Source: Candidatus Latescibacterota bacterium (GTDB lineage Bacteria > Latescibacterota > UBA2968 > GCA-2709665). From it: a stretch of 64,000 bases of DNA. The translations under genes and the position numbers were made by a program. Under the pieces are notes generated by a model. It did not search any database. It was not told the origin of the DNA and saw nothing but the letters and a program-made list of their open reading frames with translations. Shown one piece after another: positions 8,790 through 18,867 of the stretch. Positions within the stretch are counted from its first letter, which is position 1, and every line of letters starts with the position of its first letter. The DNA is taken from the NCBI GenBank assembly GCA_965219455.1, contig OZ244744.1, positions 5,440,001 through 5,504,000 on the forward strand, read 5' to 3'.

Positions 8790-11700
8790 CCGATCCGCAA
8801 CTCATAATGACCCGTTCACGCGAATTTCTCCCGACCAATCTGGCCGACGATATACTGCTGGTGGTACCGGACGACATGCTGCGGCATTCAACCGTCGCCC
8901 GCGTCCGTGAAGCGATCGGAGAGGCGGGACGACTGCCTGAAACGATCCCACAGAGGCGTTTTCAGCCGGCGATGTTCCGGAAAAAACACGTGATTGCCTG
9001 CGGAAATCTGGCAAATAACCGGGCGATTCAACGTTTGTATACCGCCCGTTGTTGTTTTGTTGATACCTTTTTCCCCGGTGCGAACGGGTATCTGGTCAAA
9101 TCGATTTCGAATCCGTTCGGGTACGGCCGGAATTGCATTGTCGCAGGCGCCAGCACGGAGGAGGCGCTGGTGGCGGCCCTGGGCGTCTTCAGGGACATCG
9201 TCGCCGCCAGCAGCGGCAGCCTGGATCGGGTTCACGCCGCGTCTTTCGACCACAACCTGCCTAGATTTCCGGAAGCCTCCGAGATGGACCGGATGGTTCG
9301 GGACGATCTGGAGATCTGGGGTACGGGGTGGTCCGCTTCGCCCTTTCGGGGCGGCAGGCTGCTGTCCTATCTCTGGCACTATTACCTGACAGATCATCCG
9401 GTCTGGGCGCGAGCGGCGGTGGATATCCTGAAGGGATCGATAGAACCGTGGCGCGCGGAGTGCCGTGCGCACCCGGAGGCATACCACTGTTTCTTCAACC
9501 TGCACCTCCACATCCATCTTTGGGACCTGGTGGAAGACAGCCCGCTGTTCATCCCTGAAGACCGCCTGAGGGCGGTCACTATGTTCGGCGAGTTGTTGAG
9601 ACATCTCATGAAACTCTCCTACGTCTCCGAGGATGTGAATCCGCCCGGTGAAATTCGGCAGAATCACACGACTTTTATCGGGTTGAACCTGGCGGTGGGC
9701 GCCGATTATATGATCAGGCGGTACGGCATCGGGGAATTTCAGCGGACGAACGATATCGCAAAGCGCATATTCGAAGGTCAGATGGATTCTTATAAGCCCG
9801 ACGACGATGGGGGAGTGGGGTATACCTGGCATGTACCTCAGGAAACCCTCTCTTATTTTCTGTATCGCGGGGACGACCGTTATATTACCGGGGGCCACGT
9901 GTCGGATCTATGCAAATTGGCGGTGGTGACAACCGACAATATGCGCAGCGAGTGCGGTTACGGCGATACCTCGGGATACGCCCGCTTTTCCACGAATGGT
10001 TGGGAAACGCGCCTGTGGCCGTTCATGGTATCGACCTGGCATCGGCCGGACCCCGAACACCTCTGGACGTTGAACTGGCTGGGCGACGGAAAACGTCCTC
10101 CGCTGGACCGGGTGATGCACGGCCTCTATTCCACAATAGACTACGTCGACGACGGCTTTGCCCAGGCGGGGTGCGAGCCGAAAGCACCGAACGGTTTGCT
10201 CGGAATCAGCGTGATGGATATGCCCGAGGCCGTGCTGAACTGGGTCCGTCGAAATGTCCCGCGGGCGCATCATCCGGTTCCCGGTGGACGGTATTTCGAT
10301 AAATTGTCCCTCAGGCGGAACTTCGAGCCCGACGGCGAATACCTGTTGCTGGAAGGACTCGGCACGACCTGCCATGGACACGAAGATACCAATGCGATCG
10401 TACGACTTACTTGGAACAACAGGGCGTGGCTGGCAGACGGGGATTACATCCGGGCGGCACCCAGGTTTCACAATTCCGTCGTGGTCCTGCGAGACGGTGT
10501 CGGCGTTCTCGAATCGCCTGGAGACGGCGTGGTCATCCCACCACTGGCAACTTTGAACAACAGTAACGACGGAACGGAACTCGCGATGCTCCGCACCGAG
10601 GCCGCGGGTTATAATGGCGTGGATTGGCAACGGGATATTTTCTGGCGCAAGGGTCGATACATGGTGGTTATGGACCGGCTGTGCTGTCGTGAAGCCGGCG
10701 ACTATCACATGCAGTGTCTCTGGCGGATGGTAGGGGATCCGGCACTTCAAGCGGACGGGGTCCACATCCGGCAGGAAGGAGAAGGGTTTCATATTCGCAA
10801 CGCGGACGGTTCCGCACAAGAGGTCGTTCCGGATCCGCACGTCAAGAGCCGCTGGGGAAGCTATCCCCATTCGGACGGTACGATATCCGTGTTGCATCAG
10901 CGAATAGGGTGCGGGCTCGAGCCCGGTACGTCGTTTACCTTTATGAATCTGCTCACCCCGGACACAGACATTCATATGGAGCGGGTCGGTCCCGATGCGG
11001 TGAAAGTGACGGACGCAGACGAAGTCACGTTGTTGGGTGCGGGAACGCTGGAAATGGATGACCTCGAACTTTCGGGGAGCATGTTCGCCTGTCTGGCCAG
11101 GGACAATCGGGTGGTTGTGCAGGGCATCGAACGGCTGGCCGGACAAGAAGTTGACTGTATTGAACAGGTCGTGGATCGTCCGGAGCTTGCGGCGGCGATC
11201 CGGTCCGTACGTGAAACCCCGGCGGTGAGGCCACCGTCGGACCGCCCCTCGGTTTCAGACGGCCTGACGCAACGATGGCGCCGGGAATTCCCCGCCGGCA
11301 TCCGGGATATCTCCGTCGCAGGGGACGGCAGTCTGCTTCTGGCAAGCGGGGGAGACGTCGCGTGGCTGGACGCGGAATCCGGCGAGACGGCCTGGTCTCG
11401 ATCCGTCGACGTGGAGGGCGGCGCCAGCCGGGTACATGCATCGGACATCGACGGCGACGGGAATTCGGAAGCCCTGTTGGGAACCGAGGACTCGCGACTT
11501 ATTGTACTGGAAGGAGATTCCGGAAAGGAGCGGTGGCGGCGCGGGTTGCGGAATATGTCGAGTCGCGGCTCGAGGGTGTCGGGCCTCGCCGTTGCGGATC
11601 TGGAGGGCAATGGCGACCTGAGCGTGCTTGCCGGTACCGAAGGATGGTTTGTCAATGCGTTTGCGCACGACGGCAGCCCCAAATGGGCCGAGTGGTTTCG

Positions 11701-12328
11701 ATATCACGCCATAACCGCGCTGAAAGTGGAGGACACGGACGGAGATGGAAGGGCCGAGATTCTGGTCGGTACGGAATATTATACGCCGCTAACGGTCCAC
11801 AATTTCGACGGGTCGTTTCGCTGGTCCACGTTCGAACAGGTCGGATCGCATGGTAACGCCACAACACCCAGGCGCGGCATCTGCCTGAAACATATGGTTG
11901 TATGTGATCTTGATCGCGACGGGATCCTCGAAATTGTCTATGGCACGGAGGATGGCTGGGTCTATGCCGTCAAACCGCACGATGGAGCGGAACTCTGGCA
12001 CATCAATCTCGTGGGAGAAATCACTGGGATTGTCGTTAAGGACGACGTCCTGATTGTCGCCTGCGAATACGGCGCGCTCTACGGGTTCGATTTTGACGGC
12101 AATCTGAAATGGCGCCGCCACGAGGCGCAATGGATTCACGCGCTCGCTGAATCGTGCGGCGTGATGGCCGTCGCGGCCAACCGTCGGGAAATCCGGACGT
12201 ATGACATCAAGGGACGCTGTCAGGGCTTGTTGGAAATGCCCGCGGACGTCACGTCGCTCACCGCGGAGGCGAGCGGATTCGTGTGTGGTGCGGGACGACT
12301 GCTGTTTGTATTGGATGTTTCCAACTGA
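8786..12328 (+). CDS. Large protein with heparinase II/III-like region and C-terminal FG-GAP/PQQ-like beta-propeller
   Basis: ATGA overlap with the TPR gene. HGHEDTNAI and HNSVVV motifs resemble heparinase II/III. Repeated DIDGDG/DLEGNG/DTDGDG/DLDRDG motifs. Confidence 0.65.
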   Translation: MTDPQLIMTRSREFLPTNLADDILLVVPDDMLRHSTVARVREAIGEAGRLPETIPQRRFQPAMFRKKHVIACGNLANNRAIQRLYTARCCFVDTFFPGANGYLVKSISNPFGYGRNCIVAGASTEEALVAALGVFRDIVAASSGSLDRVHAASFDHNLPRFPEASEMDRMVRDDLEIWGTGWSASPFRGGRLLSYLWHYYLTDHPVWARAAVDILKGSIEPWRAECRAHPEAYHCFFNLHLHIHLWDLVEDSPLFIPEDRLRAVTMFGELLRHLMKLSYVSEDVNPPGEIRQNHTTFIGLNLAVGADYMIRRYGIGEFQRTNDIAKRIFEGQMDSYKPDDDGGVGYTWHVPQETLSYFLYRGDDRYITGGHVSDLCKLAVVTTDNMRSECGYGDTSGYARFSTNGWETRLWPFMVSTWHRPDPEHLWTLNWLGDGKRPPLDRVMHGLYSTIDYVDDGFAQAGCEPKAPNGLLGISVMDMPEAVLNWVRRNVPRAHHPVPGGRYFDKLSLRRNFEPDGEYLLLEGLGTTCHGHEDTNAIVRLTWNNRAWLADGDYIRAAPRFHNSVVVLRDGVGVLESPGDGVVIPPLATLNNSNDGTELAMLRTEAAGYNGVDWQRDIFWRKGRYMVVMDRLCCREAGDYHMQCLWRMVGDPALQADGVHIRQEGEGFHIRNADGSAQEVVPDPHVKSRWGSYPHSDGTISVLHQRIGCGLEPGTSFTFMNLLTPDTDIHMERVGPDAVKVTDADEVTLLGAGTLEMDDLELSGSMFACLARDNRVVVQGIERLAGQEVDCIEQVVDRPELAAAIRSVRETPAVRPPSDRPSVSDGLTQRWRREFPAGIRDISVAGDGSLLLASGGDVAWLDAESGETAWSRSVDVEGGASRVHASDIDGDGNSEALLGTEDSRLIVLEGDSGKERWRRGLRNMSSRGSRVSGLAVADLEGNGDLSVLAGTEGWFVNAFAHDGSPKWAEWFRYHAITALKVEDTDGDGRAEILVGTEYYTPLTVHNFDGSFRWSTFEQVGSHGNATTPRRGICLKHMVVCDLDRDGILEIVYGTEDGWVYAVKPHDGAELWHINLVGEITGIVVKDDVLIVACEYGALYGFDFDGNLKWRRHEAQWIHALAESCGVMAVAANRREIRTYDIKGRCQGLLEMPADVTSLTAEASGFVCGAGRLLFVLDVSN

Positions 12329-12472
12329 AAATATAACAGATTCCAGACCAAAGGTTTAATGACAGATATTCATGTAATTCTGGAGGCTAAACTGAGGCCA
12401 GGAAGGACAGTACGATAGGAGAATCAAGGTAAGACATGCTCAACACTGGATCCAACTATACCAGGAATACAC

Positions 12473-12784
12473 CATGCCCTGGCCAAGGTTCCCCTCCTCG
12501 TCATTGATGACTTCGGACTCCGACCCCTTGGCCCGCCGCACGAGGACGACTTCCATGACCTCGTCGCCGAACGCTATGAACGCGCTGCCACTATCGTCAC
12601 CTCCAACCTCGACTTCAACGAGTGGGGCAACGCCTTCTCCAATCGACTCCTCGGCGCCGCAACACTCGACCGACTGCGACACGCCGCCTACCGCATCATC
12701 CTCGACGGACACAGCTATCGGTCTCCGCGTCCTCTACATACACCACACAAAATCACCCTTGCAAAGGAGGTCACCAAAACCTAA
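12473..12784 (+). pseudogene. istB: IS21-family IstB ATPase, C-terminal fragment
   Basis: Start-less frame translates to LAKVPLLVIDDFGLRP...TIVTSNLDFNEWG...AATLDRLRHAAYRIILDGHSYR, containing IstB Walker B and sensor motifs. In-frame stop upstream; no istA. Confidence 0.85.
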
Positions 12785-12823
12785 TTACATGTCACGTCTG
12801 AGACCCCCTTTTTCACCCTCGTT

Positions 12824-12852
12824 CACTGGCGCCTTTACACCGATCATTGACA
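12824..12852 (+). mobile_element. Probable IS21 right terminal repeat
   Basis: ...GGCGCCTTTACACCGATCATTGACA ends in CA just downstream of the istB fragment, as in IS21 ends. Confidence 0.5.
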
Positions 12853-13111
12853 GCATCGAAGAAGGCAAACAGAATTGTCCCAGGGTGGTTGCCGAAATAC
12901 TACGTTATTTTCCCGCATCTCATCTGTTGGAACACCGTGTAGGAGTAGACCAAATTCCGGCCCTTCTTTCATCGGCACTACTTTGGCAAATTTCAGAAGG
13001 TAAGGTTCCTAAGTATACCGGTCCTGAATATTCTCTGAATCTGTTCGTTGGTATATCCGGCAAAGAGTGAAACGTCCTGAGTCATCGTTGTCTCCTGTAT
13101 GATGCGTGGGA

Positions 13112-15094
13112 TTATCCTGAATCCCCGAACGATGCTGCGAATATGAGGAAGTCGGAAAAGCCGACCATGCCATCGGAATCCAGATCAAATCTGGAATCGT
13201 AATCCGCATCCGTGGATTGTTTTCCAAACACTTGAGCGAATTGCACAAAATCCGAAAAGCCAACAGATGAATCGCCGTCGAAGTCACCTGTCAATTGAGA
13301 TTCGACACTCAGCGTTATTGAGCTATACCGTTCAATCTCTACCATTGTACCATCGGAAAGAGAGAAGATCGCAGTCGTGAGGTTTATGGAAGTGCTGTCC
13401 GAAAAGTTGTCTGCAACAACGAAGGTTAATGTTCCCATCAGGCCTGAATTCTTCTCGAAGGAGCCTTTTCCTGTTGTGGCTGTGCCTACGGTAACGGCAT
13501 TCTCTGCGTGGGCTATAACTGCAAGGGCATCAGGTATAAGTTCCCCGGCCTCAAAGGCAAATGAGTTGGTGTTGATAGAAGTGGGGTCATGTTGTAAAGA
13601 AACTTGAAATCCGTTTAGCGTTGGCATGTCGGTGCCAAAGATTTGGACGGTGATTGAGTCTCCACTGGTGACTCCTTGCAATGTTTGCGCGTTTCGATTT
13701 TCAGGACCACGTTCCAAGTCCAAATCAATCTGGGATGAAAAAACTGTGGCTGTAAGGGGAATAGTTACGTTGGACTGATCTGGATCTGTATTCAAGACTG
13801 TGATTGTGCCGGTGATTTCTCCAGGTGATTCCGGTTTGATTGTGAGAGTGACGGAAGCGCTGTCCCCACTTTCAATGTGTACCGATTTGGGCTGGACGGA
13901 CAAACCTGGAATTTGTGAGGAAATATCCTGAATGGATAGTGTCATATTCCCAATGTTGGACACTTGCATAAATTTCGTTCTTGAAGAGCCAAGGACGATT
14001 TCGCCCATTGGGAATGTTTCTGGTATCTCAATGTCAGGTTCAAATCCCTTGCTGTTGGTGATCCGGTAGATTTTGTTTTCTTCGATATCGGCAAATATGA
14101 CATTGCCTTCTTTGTCGATGGCAAGGTCTGATGCTTTTCCGGTGACTGTGCTGATTTTTTCGGTGCCAATTTCCCGAAATCCAGAATCGTCGTTTATTTC
14201 TCCGTATCGAAATACACCTAACGATTGGAATGGTGCGTATGTTGCATAGAAAAGGTTCGATTTGGACAAGGAAAATGACTGGACATTATGGCTGCTGTGT
14301 GTAAATACGCTATCTTGGGTGCCTGATTTCCCGTTGTATCTTGCAATTGTTGTGCTGCCATAATACTCAGGGCCACTGTAAGTATATATTAAGAAGACAT
14401 TTCCGAGGGCGTCTACATCAATGTCATTTTGAAAGTTCTGATTAGTACCCGGGTCGCTCAGAAAGGTTACAGCATCTCCTGATGGGATAATTCGCATTAC
14501 AGATGAGATGAAGTCGTCTTTTCTCCTTCTGAGAATTCTTTCAGTGTACCGATCCGTGAAGTAGACGATGCCATTGAGGTTATCAATGGCAATCTGTCCA
14601 GGTACAAGGTTCGGGGCTTTGTGCACGGTGGACATGATGCCGGATTCGGTAACTTTTCTAACGCGGTGATTTCCTGTGTCGGAAATGTAAAAATCCCCGT
14701 TTTCAGCAACGCTTACGAATTGAGGGGAGTTGAGTTGTACTTCAGTGGCAATGCCGGTTTCTTCTGAGAAACCCCCCTCTCCCGTTCCTGCCACTGTGGA
14801 TATGATGCCCGTTTCTGCTTCGATTCGGCGGATTACATGGTTTTCAGAATCGGCTATGTAGAGATTCCCGTCAGCGTCAATGGCGATTCCAGTCGGAGCG
14901 TTGAGTCCGGCGTAAAGGGAAGATCCATCATCGCCAGTGTAAGATGCTGTACCTGTTCCTGCAATCGGATAAACCAGGTTCTTTTTCTGAACAATGTCAT
15001 ATGATTGGGCATGGCAATCACTGGCATTTGATATCAGTGTGAAGACGGGGATGAGGAAGATTAGTTTGGACATGGAGTTGGCAAGACGTTGCAT
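13112..15094 (-). CDS. Secreted NHL-repeat protein with Ig-like, cohesin-like and dockerin/EF-hand domains
   Basis: Signal-peptide-like start, NHL repeats (LNAPTGIAIDADGNLYIADSENHVIR), an Ig-like domain, a cohesin-like domain and a paired GDFDGD..VGFSDF / FDLDSDG.VGFSDF dockerin-like C-terminus. Confidence 0.8.
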   Translation of the reverse strand: MQRLANSMSKLIFLIPVFTLISNASDCHAQSYDIVQKKNLVYPIAGTGTASYTGDDGSSLYAGLNAPTGIAIDADGNLYIADSENHVIRRIEAETGIISTVAGTGEGGFSEETGIATEVQLNSPQFVSVAENGDFYISDTGNHRVRKVTESGIMSTVHKAPNLVPGQIAIDNLNGIVYFTDRYTERILRRRKDDFISSVMRIIPSGDAVTFLSDPGTNQNFQNDIDVDALGNVFLIYTYSGPEYYGSTTIARYNGKSGTQDSVFTHSSHNVQSFSLSKSNLFYATYAPFQSLGVFRYGEINDDSGFREIGTEKISTVTGKASDLAIDKEGNVIFADIEENKIYRITNSKGFEPDIEIPETFPMGEIVLGSSRTKFMQVSNIGNMTLSIQDISSQIPGLSVQPKSVHIESGDSASVTLTIKPESPGEITGTITVLNTDPDQSNVTIPLTATVFSSQIDLDLERGPENRNAQTLQGVTSGDSITVQIFGTDMPTLNGFQVSLQHDPTSINTNSFAFEAGELIPDALAVIAHAENAVTVGTATTGKGSFEKNSGLMGTLTFVVADNFSDSTSINLTTAIFSLSDGTMVEIERYSSITLSVESQLTGDFDGDSSVGFSDFVQFAQVFGKQSTDADYDSRFDLDSDGMVGFSDFLIFAASFGDSG

Positions 15095-15138
15095 AACGAA
15101 ACCCTCTCGCGAAAGAGAACACAAATGAATCCGGCACC

Positions 15139-16525
15139 GAGATATTGTCAAATGTTGTGGATGGCGGCGAGCGCATCCTGATGGATTAGGCGGCGGCTTT
15201 GACGTCTCCATCCTGGAATTCAACGCCCTGGACGACGAGTTCAATGAGTTTGTGGCTGTGTAACCGCTGCCAGTGTTTTTGGGCTTGGGTGGTCAGTTTG
15301 TAGACCATCATCAAAGTGGCATTTCTAGAGCCGCATCCTTTGGTCTGGCGTGTGCGGTGGCGAACGGTGCTGAAGGTGGATTCAATGGGATTGGTGGTAC
15401 GGAGGTGTCGCCAGTGGGCGGCTGGGAAATCGTAAAAGGCGAACAGCACGTCCTTGTCTTTTTCCAGACATGAGCAGGCCTTGGGGTATCTGGCTTCATA
15501 CAGGGACAAGAAGTCCTCGTAGGCGCCCAGGGCATCCTGTCTGGTGGGTGACAGATACATCTGGTGGAGGCGCGCTTTGGCCTGTGCCTGGACCGTTTTG
15601 GGGAGGCTATCCAGCACGTTGGCACTCTTATGCACCCAGCAGCGCTGATGGTTTGTCCCAGGGTAGACTTCCTCCAGCGCTGCCCAGAACCCCAGACCGC
15701 CATCGCCAATGGCCAGGGCAGGCGCTTCTTTCAACCCTCTTCTTTTCAGGTCCGTCAGCACACCTTCCCAGGACAGCTTGCTTTCCCGATGCCCATCTTC
15801 GATGGCCAGCAGTTCGTTACGGCCGTCCTTCGTGGCACCGATGATGACTAAGATACAGGGCCGATCCGGTTCCAGCCGCACCTGGAAATAGATGCCATCG
15901 GCCCACACATACACGTAGTGTTTATCTGAAAGATCGCGATGTTGCCACTCTCGATACTCTTCATCCCAGATCTGTTTGAGCCGAACAATGTTGGCGGGTG
16001 ACAGGCCGACGGCATTCTCACCCAAAATCGCAGAGAGCGCCTCGGGGAAGGACGACGTGGAGACCCCCTTGAGATACAGCGCCGGAATCAACGCATCGAT
16101 CGACGGTGCCCGGCGCATATATCGTGGCAAGATGGCAGAACTGAACGTCTTGTCCTCACGCCTGTCGTGCACACGCGGCTGCCGGATCTCAAGGTGTCCT
16201 ACGCCCGTGATCAGTTCCCGTGGCTTGTGAGAACCATTCCTGACCACTTGACGGTGGCCACGTTCATCTTTCTCGTCTTGCAAGTTCTTGACGTAGGCTT
16301 CCACTTCAAAATCCAACGCGGCTTGCAGCATCCGCCTGGCCCCGACACGAATCAAGGCTTCCAGGCTCAACGTCACTTCATCTTTGACTATCGTCTCAAC
16401 TTCGGAGCCTGTATATTGTCTCATCGAGCGTATCCTTTCTCCCTCGTCTGAGGGATCTCGGGTTTGTTGTGATACTATAGGATACGCTCTTTTTTTGCCT
16501 CATCCACAACTTTTGAATATACCTC
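15139..16525 (-). mobile_element. Complete IS256-family element with 9-bp target-site duplication
   Basis: Imperfect 25-bp terminal IRs at 15139-15163 (GAGATATTGTCAAATGTTGTGGATG) and 16501-16525 (CATCCACAACTTTTGAATATACCTC). TCCGGCACC is repeated at 15130-15138 and 16526-16534. Confidence 0.93.
15186..16424 (-). CDS. IS256-family (Mutator) transposase
   Basis: YVWADGIY, IGDGGLGFW, QRCWVHK and RTTNPIES motifs. Confidence 0.95.
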   Translation of the reverse strand: MRQYTGSEVETIVKDEVTLSLEALIRVGARRMLQAALDFEVEAYVKNLQDEKDERGHRQVVRNGSHKPRELITGVGHLEIRQPRVHDRREDKTFSSAILPRYMRRAPSIDALIPALYLKGVSTSSFPEALSAILGENAVGLSPANIVRLKQIWDEEYREWQHRDLSDKHYVYVWADGIYFQVRLEPDRPCILVIIGATKDGRNELLAIEDGHRESKLSWEGVLTDLKRRGLKEAPALAIGDGGLGFWAALEEVYPGTNHQRCWVHKSANVLDSLPKTVQAQAKARLHQMYLSPTRQDALGAYEDFLSLYEARYPKACSCLEKDKDVLFAFYDFPAAHWRHLRTTNPIESTFSTVRHRTRQTKGCGSRNATLMMVYKLTTQAQKHWQRLHSHKLIELVVQGVEFQDGDVKAAA

Positions 16526-17642
16526 TCCGGCACCCGGTAAGAAGGTGTCGGGCGGCATGGGCATTATAATATTTCGCCTTGACAAGACGCAAGACTTTTC
16601 TGGATAAGATTCGAGGGAGGATATACCATGAGCAGGATAGAGGAAATGATAGAGCGCGTGAGGGGCGGCGAGGACGCTGAGGCGATTGTTGAGGGCCTGG
16701 GGGGGGCCTGGGGTGGGGAGAGAAGGGGAAGAAAGGCGATTCTGAGGGCTTAGACGAGCGTCTGGAGCGTTTTCTAAGGAGGAAGTAAGAATACGGGGAT
16801 CGCAACTGTGAAGCTGATGTCGAAATTGGATCTTGCGAGGGTTCAGAAAAGGGCAATTGCAATTGTCGGCGTGGTATCTGCAGTTCTTGGTTACATTTTA
16901 GGGCGCATAGGCTGGAGGGCGTTGGTGAGGTTTCTCTCGGGCTTTCCATTGAAAATATCCGCCTGGTGACAATTGTTAAATGCCTGCACAGGAGAGTCTT
17001 GGCGGACCTGGCAATTCGAAAGCGAGGAATCGCAATGAGCGCAACCGATGAGAGAAAACGAAAGCCGATTGTGGAGGTTGCGGGGGAGCGAATATCAGCG
17101 TACGAAAAAGGAGTTAGAGGAAGCCGTAGGGTCGATTTTCCCTGACGATCCGCCGTTGGTGGAATCCGGCAAGGGGAAGCAGGCAGAGAAGGACTTCAAG
17201 GCGTGGCCGAAGCGTTTGCAGGAGCGGCAGGACAAGTCCTTATTGGTCTGGTTTGTAAAATAGGTTGCTCTTCGGGTTTTCTCAATGGGCCCATTGGTCG
17301 TTCGCCGGAGATAGGGATATGGGGAGAACGACGGACAGGCGTGGAAAGTGGGCCACAACGTGTCGTTTGGGCAGTTTCCGGGAAAAGCCGTTTCCCGCTC
17401 CTATTGAAATTATATGGATAAGAATTGAAGACTCCAGGCCAAATTGGCATTTTAATATATAGTTCCCAATACTAAAGTCACCAGAACATGGCCGGACGAT
17501 TGAAAGCCGCAGCGAAACTGTGCATTGTGCAGATATCGGTTGATACCTTATCGAGATTTTCCTACTTGCTAAACCTGGGCTTGTTGGCGGACAAGCGATC
17601 ATAACGGTCAACACAGAATCTCCACACAAAGGAGGATGCTAG

Positions 17643-18416
17643 ATGGATAGGCGACAAGAGATGCAAATGACGGTTTTAGTGTCGCAAAGGGACTTACCCC
17701 ATGAACCCATCCGTCCAAAGCCGTGTGATGTATTATGGAGGTACATGAACTTCGAAAAATACGTCGCCATGCTGATGGATGGCGGCATCTACTTTTCGCG
17801 TCCCAGTGAATTGGGCGATGACTACGAGGGAAGCCTGCCGAGAGTGACAGTCGAACGCTTTAGGGACATATTGAACCAAGGAAAACGTCATCAAACTGCA
17901 GAGAATGAAGCACGATCTCAACAAGCCTTTATAAGGAACGCATTCGTCGTTTCGTGCTGGCACGAAATGCCACAGGAGTCAGATGCAATGTGGCGTCTCT
18001 ACGCTGGAAACGGTGCCGGGATTGCGATCAAAACCAACTTCGATTCGTTGCTAACCGCTGTCCTTGGGGATGATATACTAAGTGACGACTATCGGGCTGG
18101 CAGAGTAAAGTACGTAGACTATGAAAAGTGTGATATTCCGACGCTATTCGGAATGCCGCTATTTTACAAGAGGAAATCCTTCGCCCATGAGCGTGAAGTT
18201 CGGATTATACGCTTTAAAGAAGATAGTGGATCCAGTACCGGGGAAACGCATAGAGTAGTTTTACGCACATTAATCCACGAGGTAGTGCTTTCGCCTAATG
18301 CAGACGATTGGATGTACAACGTCGTAAAGACGACAACAAGGCGATTTATTGAACCATTAGCGGAAAAAGTCAGAAAATCGGAGATTTCAAAACCAATCTA
18401 TCTAGAGGATCTTTAA
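17643..18416 (+). CDS. DUF2971-like protein
   Basis: LWRYM, VSCWH..ESDAMWRLY, GIAIKT and KRKSFAHEREVR motifs. RBS AGGAGG. Confidence 0.7.
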   Translation: MDRRQEMQMTVLVSQRDLPHEPIRPKPCDVLWRYMNFEKYVAMLMDGGIYFSRPSELGDDYEGSLPRVTVERFRDILNQGKRHQTAENEARSQQAFIRNAFVVSCWHEMPQESDAMWRLYAGNGAGIAIKTNFDSLLTAVLGDDILSDDYRAGRVKYVDYEKCDIPTLFGMPLFYKRKSFAHEREVRIIRFKEDSGSSTGETHRVVLRTLIHEVVLSPNADDWMYNVVKTTTRRFIEPLAEKVRKSEISKPIYLEDL

Positions 18417-18867
18417 GTGACGCATCCAAATAGAGTAGCCGGGCCGAAGTGTTACTGCGCTCGGCCTGTCAAAACTGGAATATGGTGCCAACGACCGTCC
18501 AAATAACATAATGTGCGCTTTCGGTTGCTTTGCAGCCGATTCCCGACACATCCGCCAAGGATGTTGAGCCGTTAGACCGGGCGTTGTGGGAGTTGTGGCA
18601 GCAGATAGAGAAGTGTTTTCACGGCATCTCTATGCGGAGACCAGCGTACAACTGTTACAGAGCGCACCGATCGTCCAGGACATTGCTTAGGGATTTTGCG
18701 AAAACGGGGCGAGTGAGGCCCTTGACAGGATTGACAATTGTGATTTCTTTTTATTGAAGATGCGTCGTGAGCCTTCTGGAACGAACCAACTAAAAACCGG
18801 TATAAGATACATTATGTAAACTTGAGGTTGGCGCAGACGGCTTCTTTGCCAATTGTCTCTGATATTT

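Noticed and set aside
12474-13070. 198-aa Ser/Thr/Pro-rich ORF
   Set aside because: Off-frame read of the istB remnant.
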